Assembly (NCBI GenBank): GCA_963666565.1
Contig: OY762911.1
Span: 32,001 to 96,000, forward strand
DNA length: 64,000 nt
Reading direction: 5' to 3'
Origin: Thermoanaerobaculia bacterium
GTDB lineage: Bacteria > Acidobacteriota > Thermoanaerobaculia > Multivoradales > Multivoraceae
In this document: piece after piece, positions 9,067-18,003 of the stretch
Layout: every line of letters begins with the position of its first letter
How positions within the stretch are numbered: position 1 is the stretch's first letter
Position numbers and translations under genes: made by a program
Notes under the pieces: generated by a model
What the model saw: only the letters and a program-made list of their open reading frames with translations
What the model was told of the DNA's origin: nothing
Databases searched by the model: none

Positions 9067-10323
9067 TTGCTCCCCTGCCGGGAAAAGACCACGCAGCGCT
9101 CCCTGACGTCCCGTTTCCGCGAGGCGTCTCTTCCCGCGGCGCTCTTCCTGTCTGTCTGCCTGATTGCCTGCGGGTCCGGCGTGCCCGTCGATCCGGGATC
9201 CGTCGAAGGCGCGACGCCCGCGGCGTCCTACGCGGAGACCTTCAGCGTCGTCGAACGGGACGGCTACCGCGTTGTCGACATCGAAGCGTCCGTCGTCGCC
9301 TGGGGCGGATCGGCGGGCGGACCGCCGCAACGCGTCCGCCTGGTGCTGGTCCCAAAGGGCGGAACGCCGCCAGCGCTGACGGGAGAACTGGCAGGCGCCT
9401 CGTTGATCCGAACGCCCGTCGAGCGGATCGCCGTCAACGATCAACCGCATGAGGCCATGCTGCGCGCACTCGGAGTGGAGAGCCGGATCGTCGCGGTCGG
9501 CGGGCGCGACAGCTACGACGACGGCCTGCGCCGCAAGGCCCGGTCACGTGAGATCCAGCAGATCGGCTACGCGTGGCACATGCCGCCTACGCTCGATGCG
9601 CTGGTGGCGTCGCGGCCCGAAGTGCTGATCGCGCGCATGGCCGACCTCACGCACACGCAGCACATGGAGCGCGTCGAGTCGCTCGGCATCGCGGTCGTGC
9701 CGACCTTCATCGATGCGGAGCCGCACTACATGGGGCGTGTCGAGTGGATCCGTCTGATGGGTCTGCTGACCGGTACGGAGGCGGAAGCCGATGAGTTCGT
9801 CCAGATGGTCGCGCAAGAGGTCGACCGCCTGAAGGCCATTGCGAACGGGCATCCCCGACGATCGGTTCTCTGGGCCTGGTACCGGAGCGCGGGCAATCGC
9901 TGGGCCGTCACGCAGCGCAACGCCGATGCGGCCCTCATTCGCGACGCCAACGCGGAGCTTGTCATGGGCGCCGAGGACGATCCGGAGCTCGACGCGTTCT
10001 CCGATCTCTCCACGGAACGGCTGCTGCGGGACGGTACGGATGCCGACTGCTGGATGATCCGCGACCCGCTCTCCGGAGTGTTCGACGATCAGGCCGTGCT
10101 TTCTCGCTTCAAGGCCTATCGGGACGATTGCGTGTTCTGGGAGTCCGGCAAGCGCCATCCCACCGCCGATTCGTGGGAGCTGTGGGAGATGGGCACCATC
10201 CGGCCGGACTGGCAACTGGCCGACATCATGAAGATGATGCATCCGGCACTGCGTGACGGCGAGTGGCGTTACCTCGCGCCGGAGACGTGGGAAGCGGACC
10301 ATGCCCTCGCGGGTCGGCACTAG
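9067..10323 (+). CDS. ABC transporter substrate-binding lipoprotein (Fe-siderophore/cobalamin class)
   Basis: LIAC lipobox, IRTPVERIAV, EPHYMGRVEWI, RPDWQLADI; start uncertain. Confidence 0.85.
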   Translation: MLPCREKTTQRSLTSRFREASLPAALFLSVCLIACGSGVPVDPGSVEGATPAASYAETFSVVERDGYRVVDIEASVVAWGGSAGGPPQRVRLVLVPKGGTPPALTGELAGASLIRTPVERIAVNDQPHEAMLRALGVESRIVAVGGRDSYDDGLRRKARSREIQQIGYAWHMPPTLDALVASRPEVLIARMADLTHTQHMERVESLGIAVVPTFIDAEPHYMGRVEWIRLMGLLTGTEAEADEFVQMVAQEVDRLKAIANGHPRRSVLWAWYRSAGNRWAVTQRNADAALIRDANAELVMGAEDDPELDAFSDLSTERLLRDGTDADCWMIRDPLSGVFDDQAVLSRFKAYRDDCVFWESGKRHPTADSWELWEMGTIRPDWQLADIMKMMHPALRDGEWRYLAPETWEADHALAGRH

Positions 10324-11332
10324 CGTCGTCGTTCTGGTCGGCGCGCTCGCCGCGCTCTCGCTGCTCACCCTCACCTATGGGCAGATCGCGCTGCCACTGG
10401 CCGACACGGTCGGCGCGCTCACCGGAACGCTGTCGACCGACCTTGCGCGCCAGATCGTCCTCGACATTCGCCTTCCGCGAGTCGCCGCCGCGATCATCGC
10501 CGGCGCCGCGCTCGGCATGGCGGGAGTGCTGATGCAGGCCCTCTTCCGGAACCCGGTGGCCGACGGCTGGTCTCTCGGCCTGCTCGCGGGCGGCCAGCTC
10601 GGGGTCGCACTCACGGTGACCGCGGCGGCTTTTGCGGGTCCCGCGGCCGTGTCCTTCCTGACCTTCTTCGAGGGCCCCAGCATCACGCTGGCGGCCGCCG
10701 CCGGCGTAGCGGTTGCGGCATTCGCCATGCTCGCGCTCGGCCGCCGCGTCGGCGCCATCACGCTGCTCGTCATCGGCCTGATGCTCGGCTTCACCTCCCA
10801 GGGCCTCACCAGCGTTCTTCTTCACTTCGCCGCCCGCGCCGGCGGCCGGATCTATGGCGGATGGCAGGATGCGAGCTTCGCCGGCGTCGCCCCTTCGGCG
10901 CTGGCGTGGCTCTCGCTGCCGATCCTCGTCGGCGCCTGCGTCGCCGTCGCGACGGCCAAGCCGCTCAGTTCGCTGCTTCTCGGCGAGGCCTACGCGCGCA
11001 GCCTCGGGGTCAAGGTGACGTCGCTCCGACATGCCGTCCTCGCGGCTACCGTACTCCTGGTGGCGCCGGTCGTGGCCTTCTGCGGTCCGGTCAGCTTCGT
11101 CGGCCTCATCGCACCGCACTTCGCGCGCGCACTGGCCGGGACGGCGCGAATCCTCCCGCTCCTGCCGCTTGCCGCGCTTGGCGGTGCGCTGCTTGCCCTT
11201 GCCGGCGACGCCATCGTTCATGCGCCGTGGGAACAGCACTTCCTGCACCTGAACGCGATCCTCGCCATCGTCGGCGCCCCGGTCGTGATTCTCATCCTGA
11301 TCCTCTCACCGGCCGTGAGACAGTGGCGCTGA
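10301..11332 (+). CDS. FecCD/BtuC-family ABC permease
   Basis: IRLPR, MQALFRNPVAD, LLLGEAYARSLGV, GPVSFVGLIAPH. Confidence 0.92.
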   Translation: MPSRVGTSVVVLVGALAALSLLTLTYGQIALPLADTVGALTGTLSTDLARQIVLDIRLPRVAAAIIAGAALGMAGVLMQALFRNPVADGWSLGLLAGGQLGVALTVTAAAFAGPAAVSFLTFFEGPSITLAAAAGVAVAAFAMLALGRRVGAITLLVIGLMLGFTSQGLTSVLLHFAARAGGRIYGGWQDASFAGVAPSALAWLSLPILVGACVAVATAKPLSSLLLGEAYARSLGVKVTSLRHAVLAATVLLVAPVVAFCGPVSFVGLIAPHFARALAGTARILPLLPLAALGGALLALAGDAIVHAPWEQHFLHLNAILAIVGAPVVILILILSPAVRQWR

Positions 11333-12117
11333 TGCTGGATCTGCGATCCCTCGCCGTGGGCTACCGCAACACACGGAACATCGTTCTTTCCGGCATCGAC
11401 CTGGCGGCCGCGCCTGGCGACTTCATCTGCATCCTCGGCCGCAACGGGTCCGGGAAGTCGACGCTCATGCGCACGATCGCGGCGCTGCAAACCTCGCTCG
11501 ACGGCGCCGTGCTGCTCGACGGCGAGGACGTCGCCTCCATGCGTCCGGCGACCCGCGCGCGCCGGATCGCGGTCGTGCTGACGGAGCGGCAGTTCAATCC
11601 GGGCCTGCGCGTCGAGGACGTCGTCGCACTCGCCCGGCAGCCCTTCACGGGTTGGCAGGGTGGACTGGCGGACGACGACCGGGCGGCGGTCGCCGACGCC
11701 GTCGCGACAGCCGGCGTCGGGCCGTTCCTGCGCCGTTTCTTCAGCGATCTCAGCGACGGCGAGCGACAGCGCGTGATGATCGCGCGGGCGCTCGCACAAA
11801 CCCCGCGCCTCATGGTCCTCGACGAGATCACGGCCTTCCTCGACCTTCCAAGCCGGGTCGAGATCACGGCCCTCCTGCGCTCCCAGGCGAAGCAGAAAGG
11901 GCAGGTCATCCTGCTCTCAAGCCACGACCTCGACCTTTCGCTTCAGCTCGCCGACAGCGTCTGGCTGCTCGACGGCACCGGCGGCTTTTCGGTCGGCACG
12001 CCGGCGGCCCTGAGCGAGAGTGGCGGGCTCGGCCGTGCCTTCGACACGGAGGCGATCCGGTTCTCGCCCTCCCACGGGCGGTTCGAGATCCGGATGTCCC
12101 CATCCGCGAATCCATGA
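11332..12117 (+). CDS. ABC transporter ATP-binding protein (FepC/BtuD-like)
   Basis: GRNGSGKST, LSDGERQRVMIARALAQ, LDE, SHD; TGATG coupling to the permease. Confidence 0.93.
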   Translation: MLDLRSLAVGYRNTRNIVLSGIDLAAAPGDFICILGRNGSGKSTLMRTIAALQTSLDGAVLLDGEDVASMRPATRARRIAVVLTERQFNPGLRVEDVVALARQPFTGWQGGLADDDRAAVADAVATAGVGPFLRRFFSDLSDGERQRVMIARALAQTPRLMVLDEITAFLDLPSRVEITALLRSQAKQKGQVILLSSHDLDLSLQLADSVWLLDGTGGFSVGTPAALSESGGLGRAFDTEAIRFSPSHGRFEIRMSPSANP

Positions 12118-12131
12118 TAAAAGGCCCCTCC

Positions 12132-12506
12132 GTGCCGCACCGATCCCACTCGCCGCTCGTCATCGTCAACGCACTCGCGCTGACGGTCGCGACGCTCGTC
12201 GCCGCCTGGGACGCGGGCTGCCACGACCATGACGAGCCGGCGGCAAGGGACGCCCGGTACGCGATCAACCAGGAAGCCGCGGCCTCCGGGGCCGCGAACC
12301 CCGCCAGCCTCGCCAGCGCCGAGGCGCCGCACGAACACTCCTGCGTCGCGTGCAGGATCGGATGCTCGAAGTCGGCCGAGATCGCCAGGAACTCCGCTTC
12401 CAGGCCGCTCGACCTCGCTTCGGCCGCGGCAAGGCCCGAGAACGACGGCAGCGCCCGACGCGGCGCGCCCAGGCTGCAGGCTGCTCGCGGTCCGCCGCTG
12501 GGCTGA
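12132..12506 (+). CDS. DUF2946/CruR-like leader protein, copy 2
   Basis: SPLVIVNALALT, HDH, HEHSCVAC, ARGPPLG-stop; GTG start chosen by alignment to copy 1 (ATG 12114 is an alternative). Confidence 0.8.
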   Translation: MPHRSHSPLVIVNALALTVATLVAAWDAGCHDHDEPAARDARYAINQEAAASGAANPASLASAEAPHEHSCVACRIGCSKSAEIARNSASRPLDLASAAARPENDGSARRGAPRLQAARGPPLG

Positions 12507-12801
12507 GTCGAACAGCGGCGCCGACCCGCGCGGCAACGCGCGGCGTCGGAGCCTCCAGAAAGCAAACCAGGCGTCGCCCGCCCCACTTCGGGGCGATGGC
12601 GACGACGCCATCGCGGTCAGCCGTTGCTGACCCGAACGGAGTCGCAGCATCGCGCGACCGACGAGTTCGGCACGCCGCAAGCGCTGCGAATCCTCAGCCA
12701 GCGCCACACAAGCTCCCTTGACCCGGAGGGCCTTCGATCCGAAGGGCCTTCGACTCGGAGGGACCCTCGACTCGGACCGAACCATGCAGGAACTCAAGAC
12801 A
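12503..12801 (+). promoter_or_regulatory. Structured intergenic leader RNA, copy 2
   Basis: Hairpins 12521-12549 (GCAA loop) and 12615-12632; 12503-12512 is complementary to 12749-12758 and 12767-12775. Confidence 0.55.
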
Positions 12802-15348
12802 ATGCTCGCTACCTTCACCAAGCTCTCGAACTCCAATCCACGGCGCCGGCCCCGCTGGCGCCAAGCAGCGACGGGCGCCGCTCTCTGCGCCCTTGCCCTC
12901 ATCCTCCCCCCGCCGCCGGCCAACGGTCAGGCGACGGGATCCGTCGCCGGAACGGTCACGAGCCCCGGCGAAGCCGGCATCTCGCTCGCCGTCGCCCGTC
13001 TCTCCGAGTTGTCCCTCAGCGCCCCGGTGGCCGCGGACGGGACGTTTCGGTTCGACGCCGTGCCTCCCGGCACGTATCTCCTGGTCGTCGACATTCCGTC
13101 GGTCGGCCTGACCAGCCAGCCGGTCACCGTCTCGGCCGGCCAGCAGACGACCCTCGAACTGGAACACGATCACTTCACCCACTTCGACGAGATCGTCGTC
13201 ACCGGCTCCGGCGATCTCCGGAACGAGTCCGAGCTGCCGAACGCGATCTCCGTGCTGGGCGGCGCCGACCTGCAACTGCGCCTGGGGGCGACGCTGGGCG
13301 AGACCCTGGCGGGGGAACCGGGCCTGTCCTCCACCGCGTTCGTTCCGGGAGCGGCGCGGCCGGTCATCCGCGGCCTTTCGAGCGCGCGCGTTCGTGTGCT
13401 CAACGGCGGCATGGGAACCGGCGACGTTTCCGTGGAGAGCGCCGACCACGCCGTGACGACCGACCCGATCCTGGCGGAGCAGGTCGAAGTGCTGAGAGGT
13501 CCGGCCACGCTCCGCTACGGCTCGGGCGCCATCGGCGGCGCCGTGAACGTCGTCGACGGTCGCATTCCAGCGAACCGGGCGGCAAGGACCGTTGGCGGCA
13601 GGATCGACCTGGTCGGCGGTTCGGTGGCCGACGAGGAGACGGGCGCGGTCCAACTCAACGGAGGCGGCGGCGAATGGGCCTGGCACATCGGGGCCGTCAG
13701 CCGGAAGACCGATCCGTACGAGATCCCCGGCTACGCCCGCCTCGAGGAGGAGCACGACGACCACGACGACCACGGCCACGAGGACGAGGACCACGAAAAC
13801 GACGACCACGACGACCACGAAGAGGAGAACAGCTTCGGCATCGTCCCGAACACGGACCTGAGGACCGAAAGCGGCCGGGTCGGCGTCACGCGCTTCTTCG
13901 GCAACCGCGGTTTCCTGGGCGTCTCGTTCAGCGGTTTCAGCACCGACTACGGCATTCCGCCAGGCGCACACAGCCACGCAGGGCACGATCACGGCGGAGA
14001 CGGCCACGACGAGGACGGGGATCACCACGACGAGGACGGGGATCACCACGACGAGGACGAGGACCATCACGACGAGGATGACGACCACCACGGCGACGAC
14101 GAGGACCACCACGACGAGGATGACGACCACCACGACGAGGATGACGACCACCACGACGAAGAGGAAGAGCACCATGACGACGGCGACATTCGCCTCGACA
14201 TGAAGCAGCAGCGCTTCGACCTCAGAGCCAGCGTCAACCTGCTCGCACCCGCCTTCGAGAGGCTCGAACTGCAAACGTCCGGAACGGACTACGAGCACGT
14301 CGAGTTCGAAAGCGGCCACACCGGCGTCCTCTACACGAACGACCTCTTCGAGACCCGGGTCGAGATGTTCCAACGCGAGCGGGGCGCCAGCCGGGGCAGC
14401 GTCGGCTTGCAGTACGTGGACCGCGATCTCGCCGCGGTCGGCGCCGAGGCCTTCATCCCCCCGACCCGCTCGAACACCTGGGCGGCTTTCACCTCCCAGG
14501 AGATTCAGAGGGGATCGGTTCGCTGGCAGTTCGGCGCCCGCTTCGAACAGGCCGAGCACGACCCGGCAAACGGACCGGCCTGGTCCGGCGACGGCGTTTC
14601 CGCCTCGACCGGCATCGTCTGGACGGCCGGAGACGCGTGGAACCTCGGCGTGTCGGCCTCGCGCTCAGTTCGCCTTCCCAGTCCGGGCGAGCTGTTCTCC
14701 CACGGTGCTCACATACCCACCCGGACCTTCGACATCGGCGATCCCGACCTGGACGCGGAAGTCGGCGCCGGCCTGGACATCACGCTTCGCAGGGAGGAGG
14801 GCGCCGTCCAGGGCAAGTTGACCCTGTTCCGGCAGGACTTCCAGGACTTCATCTACCACGCGTTCACCGGCACGGAGCTCTCTGGCTTCCCGGTCACCGT
14901 CTACAGTCAGGCCGACGCGACGATGACCGGCGCGGAGCTCCACGCGCGGATAGAGCTCGCGGAGTGGAACGGGCACGACCTGCACATGGAGATCGTGGGC
15001 GACACGGTCGACGCGGAACTGGACGAAGGCGGCAATCTGCCGAGAATTCCGCCGCTGAGCCTGGGCGCCGGCGTCCACTACCACGGCCACGACTGGCGGG
15101 CAGCGGTCGAGTGGCGGTGGGTCGACGACCAGAACGATGTCGCCGAGCAGGAGACGCCGACCGACGGCTACGCCATGCTGAACGCGCACATCGGCCGGCG
15201 CTTTACGGCGAACGACCAGATCTTCGACCTGCTCCTGCGGGGGCGGAACCTGACCGACGAGGAAGCCCGGGTGCACACGTCCCTGCTCAAGACGTTCGCG
15301 CCCCTGCCCGGGAGGGACATCACGCTGTCGGCGCGGTTCTGGTTCTGA
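12802..15348 (+). CDS. TonB-dependent receptor, ZnuD-like, paralog 2
   Basis: Colinear with 6450-9044; VEVLRGPATLRYG, His/Asp loops, ARFWF end; start chosen by alignment. Confidence 0.93.
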   Translation: MLATFTKLSNSNPRRRPRWRQAATGAALCALALILPPPPANGQATGSVAGTVTSPGEAGISLAVARLSELSLSAPVAADGTFRFDAVPPGTYLLVVDIPSVGLTSQPVTVSAGQQTTLELEHDHFTHFDEIVVTGSGDLRNESELPNAISVLGGADLQLRLGATLGETLAGEPGLSSTAFVPGAARPVIRGLSSARVRVLNGGMGTGDVSVESADHAVTTDPILAEQVEVLRGPATLRYGSGAIGGAVNVVDGRIPANRAARTVGGRIDLVGGSVADEETGAVQLNGGGGEWAWHIGAVSRKTDPYEIPGYARLEEEHDDHDDHGHEDEDHENDDHDDHEEENSFGIVPNTDLRTESGRVGVTRFFGNRGFLGVSFSGFSTDYGIPPGAHSHAGHDHGGDGHDEDGDHHDEDGDHHDEDEDHHDEDDDHHGDDEDHHDEDDDHHDEDDDHHDEEEEHHDDGDIRLDMKQQRFDLRASVNLLAPAFERLELQTSGTDYEHVEFESGHTGVLYTNDLFETRVEMFQRERGASRGSVGLQYVDRDLAAVGAEAFIPPTRSNTWAAFTSQEIQRGSVRWQFGARFEQAEHDPANGPAWSGDGVSASTGIVWTAGDAWNLGVSASRSVRLPSPGELFSHGAHIPTRTFDIGDPDLDAEVGAGLDITLRREEGAVQGKLTLFRQDFQDFIYHAFTGTELSGFPVTVYSQADATMTGAELHARIELAEWNGHDLHMEIVGDTVDAELDEGGNLPRIPPLSLGAGVHYHGHDWRAAVEWRWVDDQNDVAEQETPTDGYAMLNAHIGRRFTANDQIFDLLLRGRNLTDEEARVHTSLLKTFAPLPGRDITLSARFWF
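13984..14180 (+). repeat. In-frame His/Asp repeat (HHDEDDD-type, about 21-bp units)
   Basis: CACCACGACGAGGATGACGAC-like units. Confidence 0.85.
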
Positions 15349-15404
15349 CGGGTATACTCCGCGGCTCGACAGCGGTCGGCACCGCGGCCACGGCCCGAAT
15401 CCGC

Positions 15405-15481
15405 GTCCCCATCGTCTAGCCAGGTCAGGACTCCAGCCTTTCAAGCTGGCAACACGGGTTCGAATCCCGTTGGGGACGCCA
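15405..15481 (+). tRNA. tRNA-Glu (anticodon TTC)
   Basis: Acceptor GTCCCCA/TGGGGAC, anticodon arm CCAGC-CTTTCAA-GCTGG, T arm ACGGG-TTCGAAT-CCCGT, encoded CCA; TATACT at 15353-15358 upstream. Confidence 0.96.
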
Positions 15482-15492
15482 TCGCGCCGGAT

Positions 15493-15961
15493 GGCGCGAT
15501 GGCGGCCACAACGGGTTCGGTCGACGCTGCTCGCCTACGGCTCGCCGCTCTGGAACGTATCCCGTTGGGGACGAAGCCCTGCCGGTCGGCGCGATGGCGG
15601 CCACAACGGGTTCGGTCGACGCTGCTCGCCTACGGCTCGCCGCTCTGGAACGTATCCCGTTGGGGACGAAGCCCTGCCGGTCGGCGCGATGGCGGCCACA
15701 ACGGGTTCGGTCGACGCTGCTCGCCTGCGGCTCGCCGCTCTGGAACGAATCCCGTTCAACGCGAAACGTCAACACGCCGGATCGGCGCGATGGCGGCCAC
15801 AACGGGTTCGGTCGACGCTGCTCGCCTCCGGCTCGCCGCTCTGGAACGAATCCCGAGCGAGACGTCAACCCGCCGACTGGCGCGATGGCGGCCACAACGG
15901 GTTCGGTCGACGCTGCTCGCCTCCGGCTCGCCGCTCTGGAACGTATCCCGTTGGGGACGCC
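15493..15961 (+). repeat. Five tandem tRNA-3'-end-derived repeats (period 95-101 bp)
   Basis: Core GGCGCGATGGCGGCCACAACGGGTTCGGTCGACGCTGCTCGCCTnCGGCTCGCCGCTCTGGAACGwATCCCG starts at 15493, 15588, 15683, 15784 and 15879. Confidence 0.93.
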
Positions 15962-15988
15962 GGGCGGGCGGTTGGTACCCTGAACGGG

Positions 15989-17962
15989 ATGAAGGTGATC
16001 GCGAACTCGGGGGTTCGGCGTCGGGCTGGGCGGCGAGCCCTCGTTGCGTGGGCCGGCGTGCTGGTGCTGGGGTCGACGCTGGCGGCGCAGGAGGGCGAGT
16101 GGCCGTACTTCGGCGGTGACCGCACCTTCAAGCGCTACTCGCCGCTCGACCGGATCGACGCCTCGAACGTCGGCGATCTGCGCATCGTGTGGCGGCGGCC
16201 GGGTCTGGAACCGGAGCTCAGGGAGGAGTTCCCCGAGTTGCGGCCGGGCAACAACCTGCGATCGACGCCGATCATGGTCGAAGGTCGCCTCTTCCTGACC
16301 AACCTCGTCGGCCTGCTGCGCGCCGTCGACCCGGCGAGCGGCGAGACCCTGTGGGCTCAGGCGCCGTTCGAGCCGACGATCGAGGAGGCACGCGGCTTGA
16401 GCCCACGAGGCGTCGACCTCTGGACCGGCGGCGAGCGGCAACGACTGTTCCTCGCACGCGGCAACTACCTGTACTCGGTCGACGCCTCGAGCGGCGAGCT
16501 CGACGGCGACTTCGGCGACCAGGGACGCGTCAGCCTCCGCCTCCCGGGACCGCTTGCCGGCGATTTCACCTGGACCGCCGGGCCGATCGTCGTGGGCGAC
16601 GTCGTCGTGACGGCCGGATACACCGGAGGCGCCGGCGACGGCGGCAGCAAGAGAGAAGCGACGCCGGAGGACGTGCGCGGCTACGACGTCCGCACGGGCC
16701 GCCGGCTGTGGACGTTCCACGTCGTGCCGCGGCCGGGCGAGCCGGGCAACGAGACCTGGGGCGACGGCTCGTGGGAGTACTCGGGCGACCTCGGGTCGTG
16801 GTGCTGCCTGTCGGCCGACGAGGAACTCGGCCACGTCTACGTCCAGCTCTCGGCCCCGACCGCGGCGTACTACGGCGGCCACCGGCCCGGCGACAACCTG
16901 TATTCCAACTCGCTCGTGGCGCTGGACGCCGGGACGGGCGAGCGAGTCTGGCACTTTCAGATGGTGCGCCACGACGTCTGGGAGTGGGACACGGTCGGTC
17001 CGGCGACCCTCGGCGAGATCACGGTCGACGGGAGGCGGATCGACGCCGTCATGCAGCCCTCGAAGACCGGCTTCCTCTACGTCTTCGATCGCCGTACCGG
17101 GGAGCCGGTGTGGCCGATCGAGGAGAGGGCCGTGCCCGGCTCACGGGTCCCCGGGGAGCAACTGTCGCCGACCCAGCCGTTCCCGACGAAGCCGCCGCCC
17201 TTCGACCGGCAGGGATTCGTGGAGGACGACCTGATCGACTTCACGCCGGAGCTCCGGGCACGCGCCCTGGAACTCGTCAAGCCCTTCCGTCTCGGGCCGA
17301 TGTTCACGCCGCCCGGCCTGATGGACGACGAGCAGGGGAAGATCGGCACCCTGACGAACCCGGGATGGTGGGGAACGGGGAACTGGCATACCGGCGCCTT
17401 CGATCCCGAGACCGGCGTGTACTACGCCGTGTCCCACACCTGGCCGAGCGTGTACTCCCTGACACAGCCGGAAGGCAGCGACGCGACACTCGGCTACGTG
17501 GTCGGCTACGACGGTCCCGACGTACCGACCCTCGACGGACTCCCGATCGTGAAGCCACCCTACGGGCGAATCACCGCAATCGACATGCATCGCGGCGAGC
17601 ACGTGTGGATGGCGGCCAACGGCGACGGGCCTCGAGACCATCCCCTGCTCGAAGGCCTCGACGCGCCGCCCCTGGGAGTCGCCGGGCGGCCGGCGCCGCT
17701 GGTGACGAAGACGCTGCTGTTCATCGGTGAAGGCAGCGACGCCATCCCCGGCATCGAGGGGGAAGAAGGCCGCTACTGGGGCAGGAAGTTCCGCGCCTAC
17801 GACAAGGCCACGGGCGAGGTCGTGTGGGAAACGGAGCTGCCGTCCGGCACCACCGGCGCGCCGATTACCTACATGCACGAGGGTCGCCAGTTCATCGTCG
17901 TCGCGATCGGCGGCAACGAGTCCCCGGCGGAATTCGTGGCGTTTGGCCTGCCGCTGGACTGA
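15989..17962 (+). CDS. PQQ-dependent dehydrogenase (glucose/quinate-like beta-propeller), secreted
   Basis: Signal peptide, RYSPLDRID, RGYDVRTG, WHFQMVRHDVWEWD, PTQPFPTKPPPF, KPPYGRITAID. Confidence 0.9.
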   Translation: MKVIANSGVRRRAGRRALVAWAGVLVLGSTLAAQEGEWPYFGGDRTFKRYSPLDRIDASNVGDLRIVWRRPGLEPELREEFPELRPGNNLRSTPIMVEGRLFLTNLVGLLRAVDPASGETLWAQAPFEPTIEEARGLSPRGVDLWTGGERQRLFLARGNYLYSVDASSGELDGDFGDQGRVSLRLPGPLAGDFTWTAGPIVVGDVVVTAGYTGGAGDGGSKREATPEDVRGYDVRTGRRLWTFHVVPRPGEPGNETWGDGSWEYSGDLGSWCCLSADEELGHVYVQLSAPTAAYYGGHRPGDNLYSNSLVALDAGTGERVWHFQMVRHDVWEWDTVGPATLGEITVDGRRIDAVMQPSKTGFLYVFDRRTGEPVWPIEERAVPGSRVPGEQLSPTQPFPTKPPPFDRQGFVEDDLIDFTPELRARALELVKPFRLGPMFTPPGLMDDEQGKIGTLTNPGWWGTGNWHTGAFDPETGVYYAVSHTWPSVYSLTQPEGSDATLGYVVGYDGPDVPTLDGLPIVKPPYGRITAIDMHRGEHVWMAANGDGPRDHPLLEGLDAPPLGVAGRPAPLVTKTLLFIGEGSDAIPGIEGEEGRYWGRKFRAYDKATGEVVWETELPSGTTGAPITYMHEGRQFIVVAIGGNESPAEFVAFGLPLD

Positions 17963-18003
17963 GCCCGCCCGCTCCGCCGACCACCTCACCCAGGAGTCCA
18001 CCC

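Noticed and set aside
15493-15961. CRISPR array
   Set aside because: The constant part is about 72 bp, the variable parts are short and partly identical or tRNA-derived, and no cas genes are in the window.
15493-15961. Additional tRNA genes or intron-containing tRNAs in the repeats
   Set aside because: The units lack D and anticodon arms; only 3'-end-derived sequence is present.
15470-15988. N-terminal extension of the PQQ dehydrogenase and other ORFs across the repeat array
   Set aside because: These frames are stop-free only because of the repeats; the signal peptide begins at ATG 15989.
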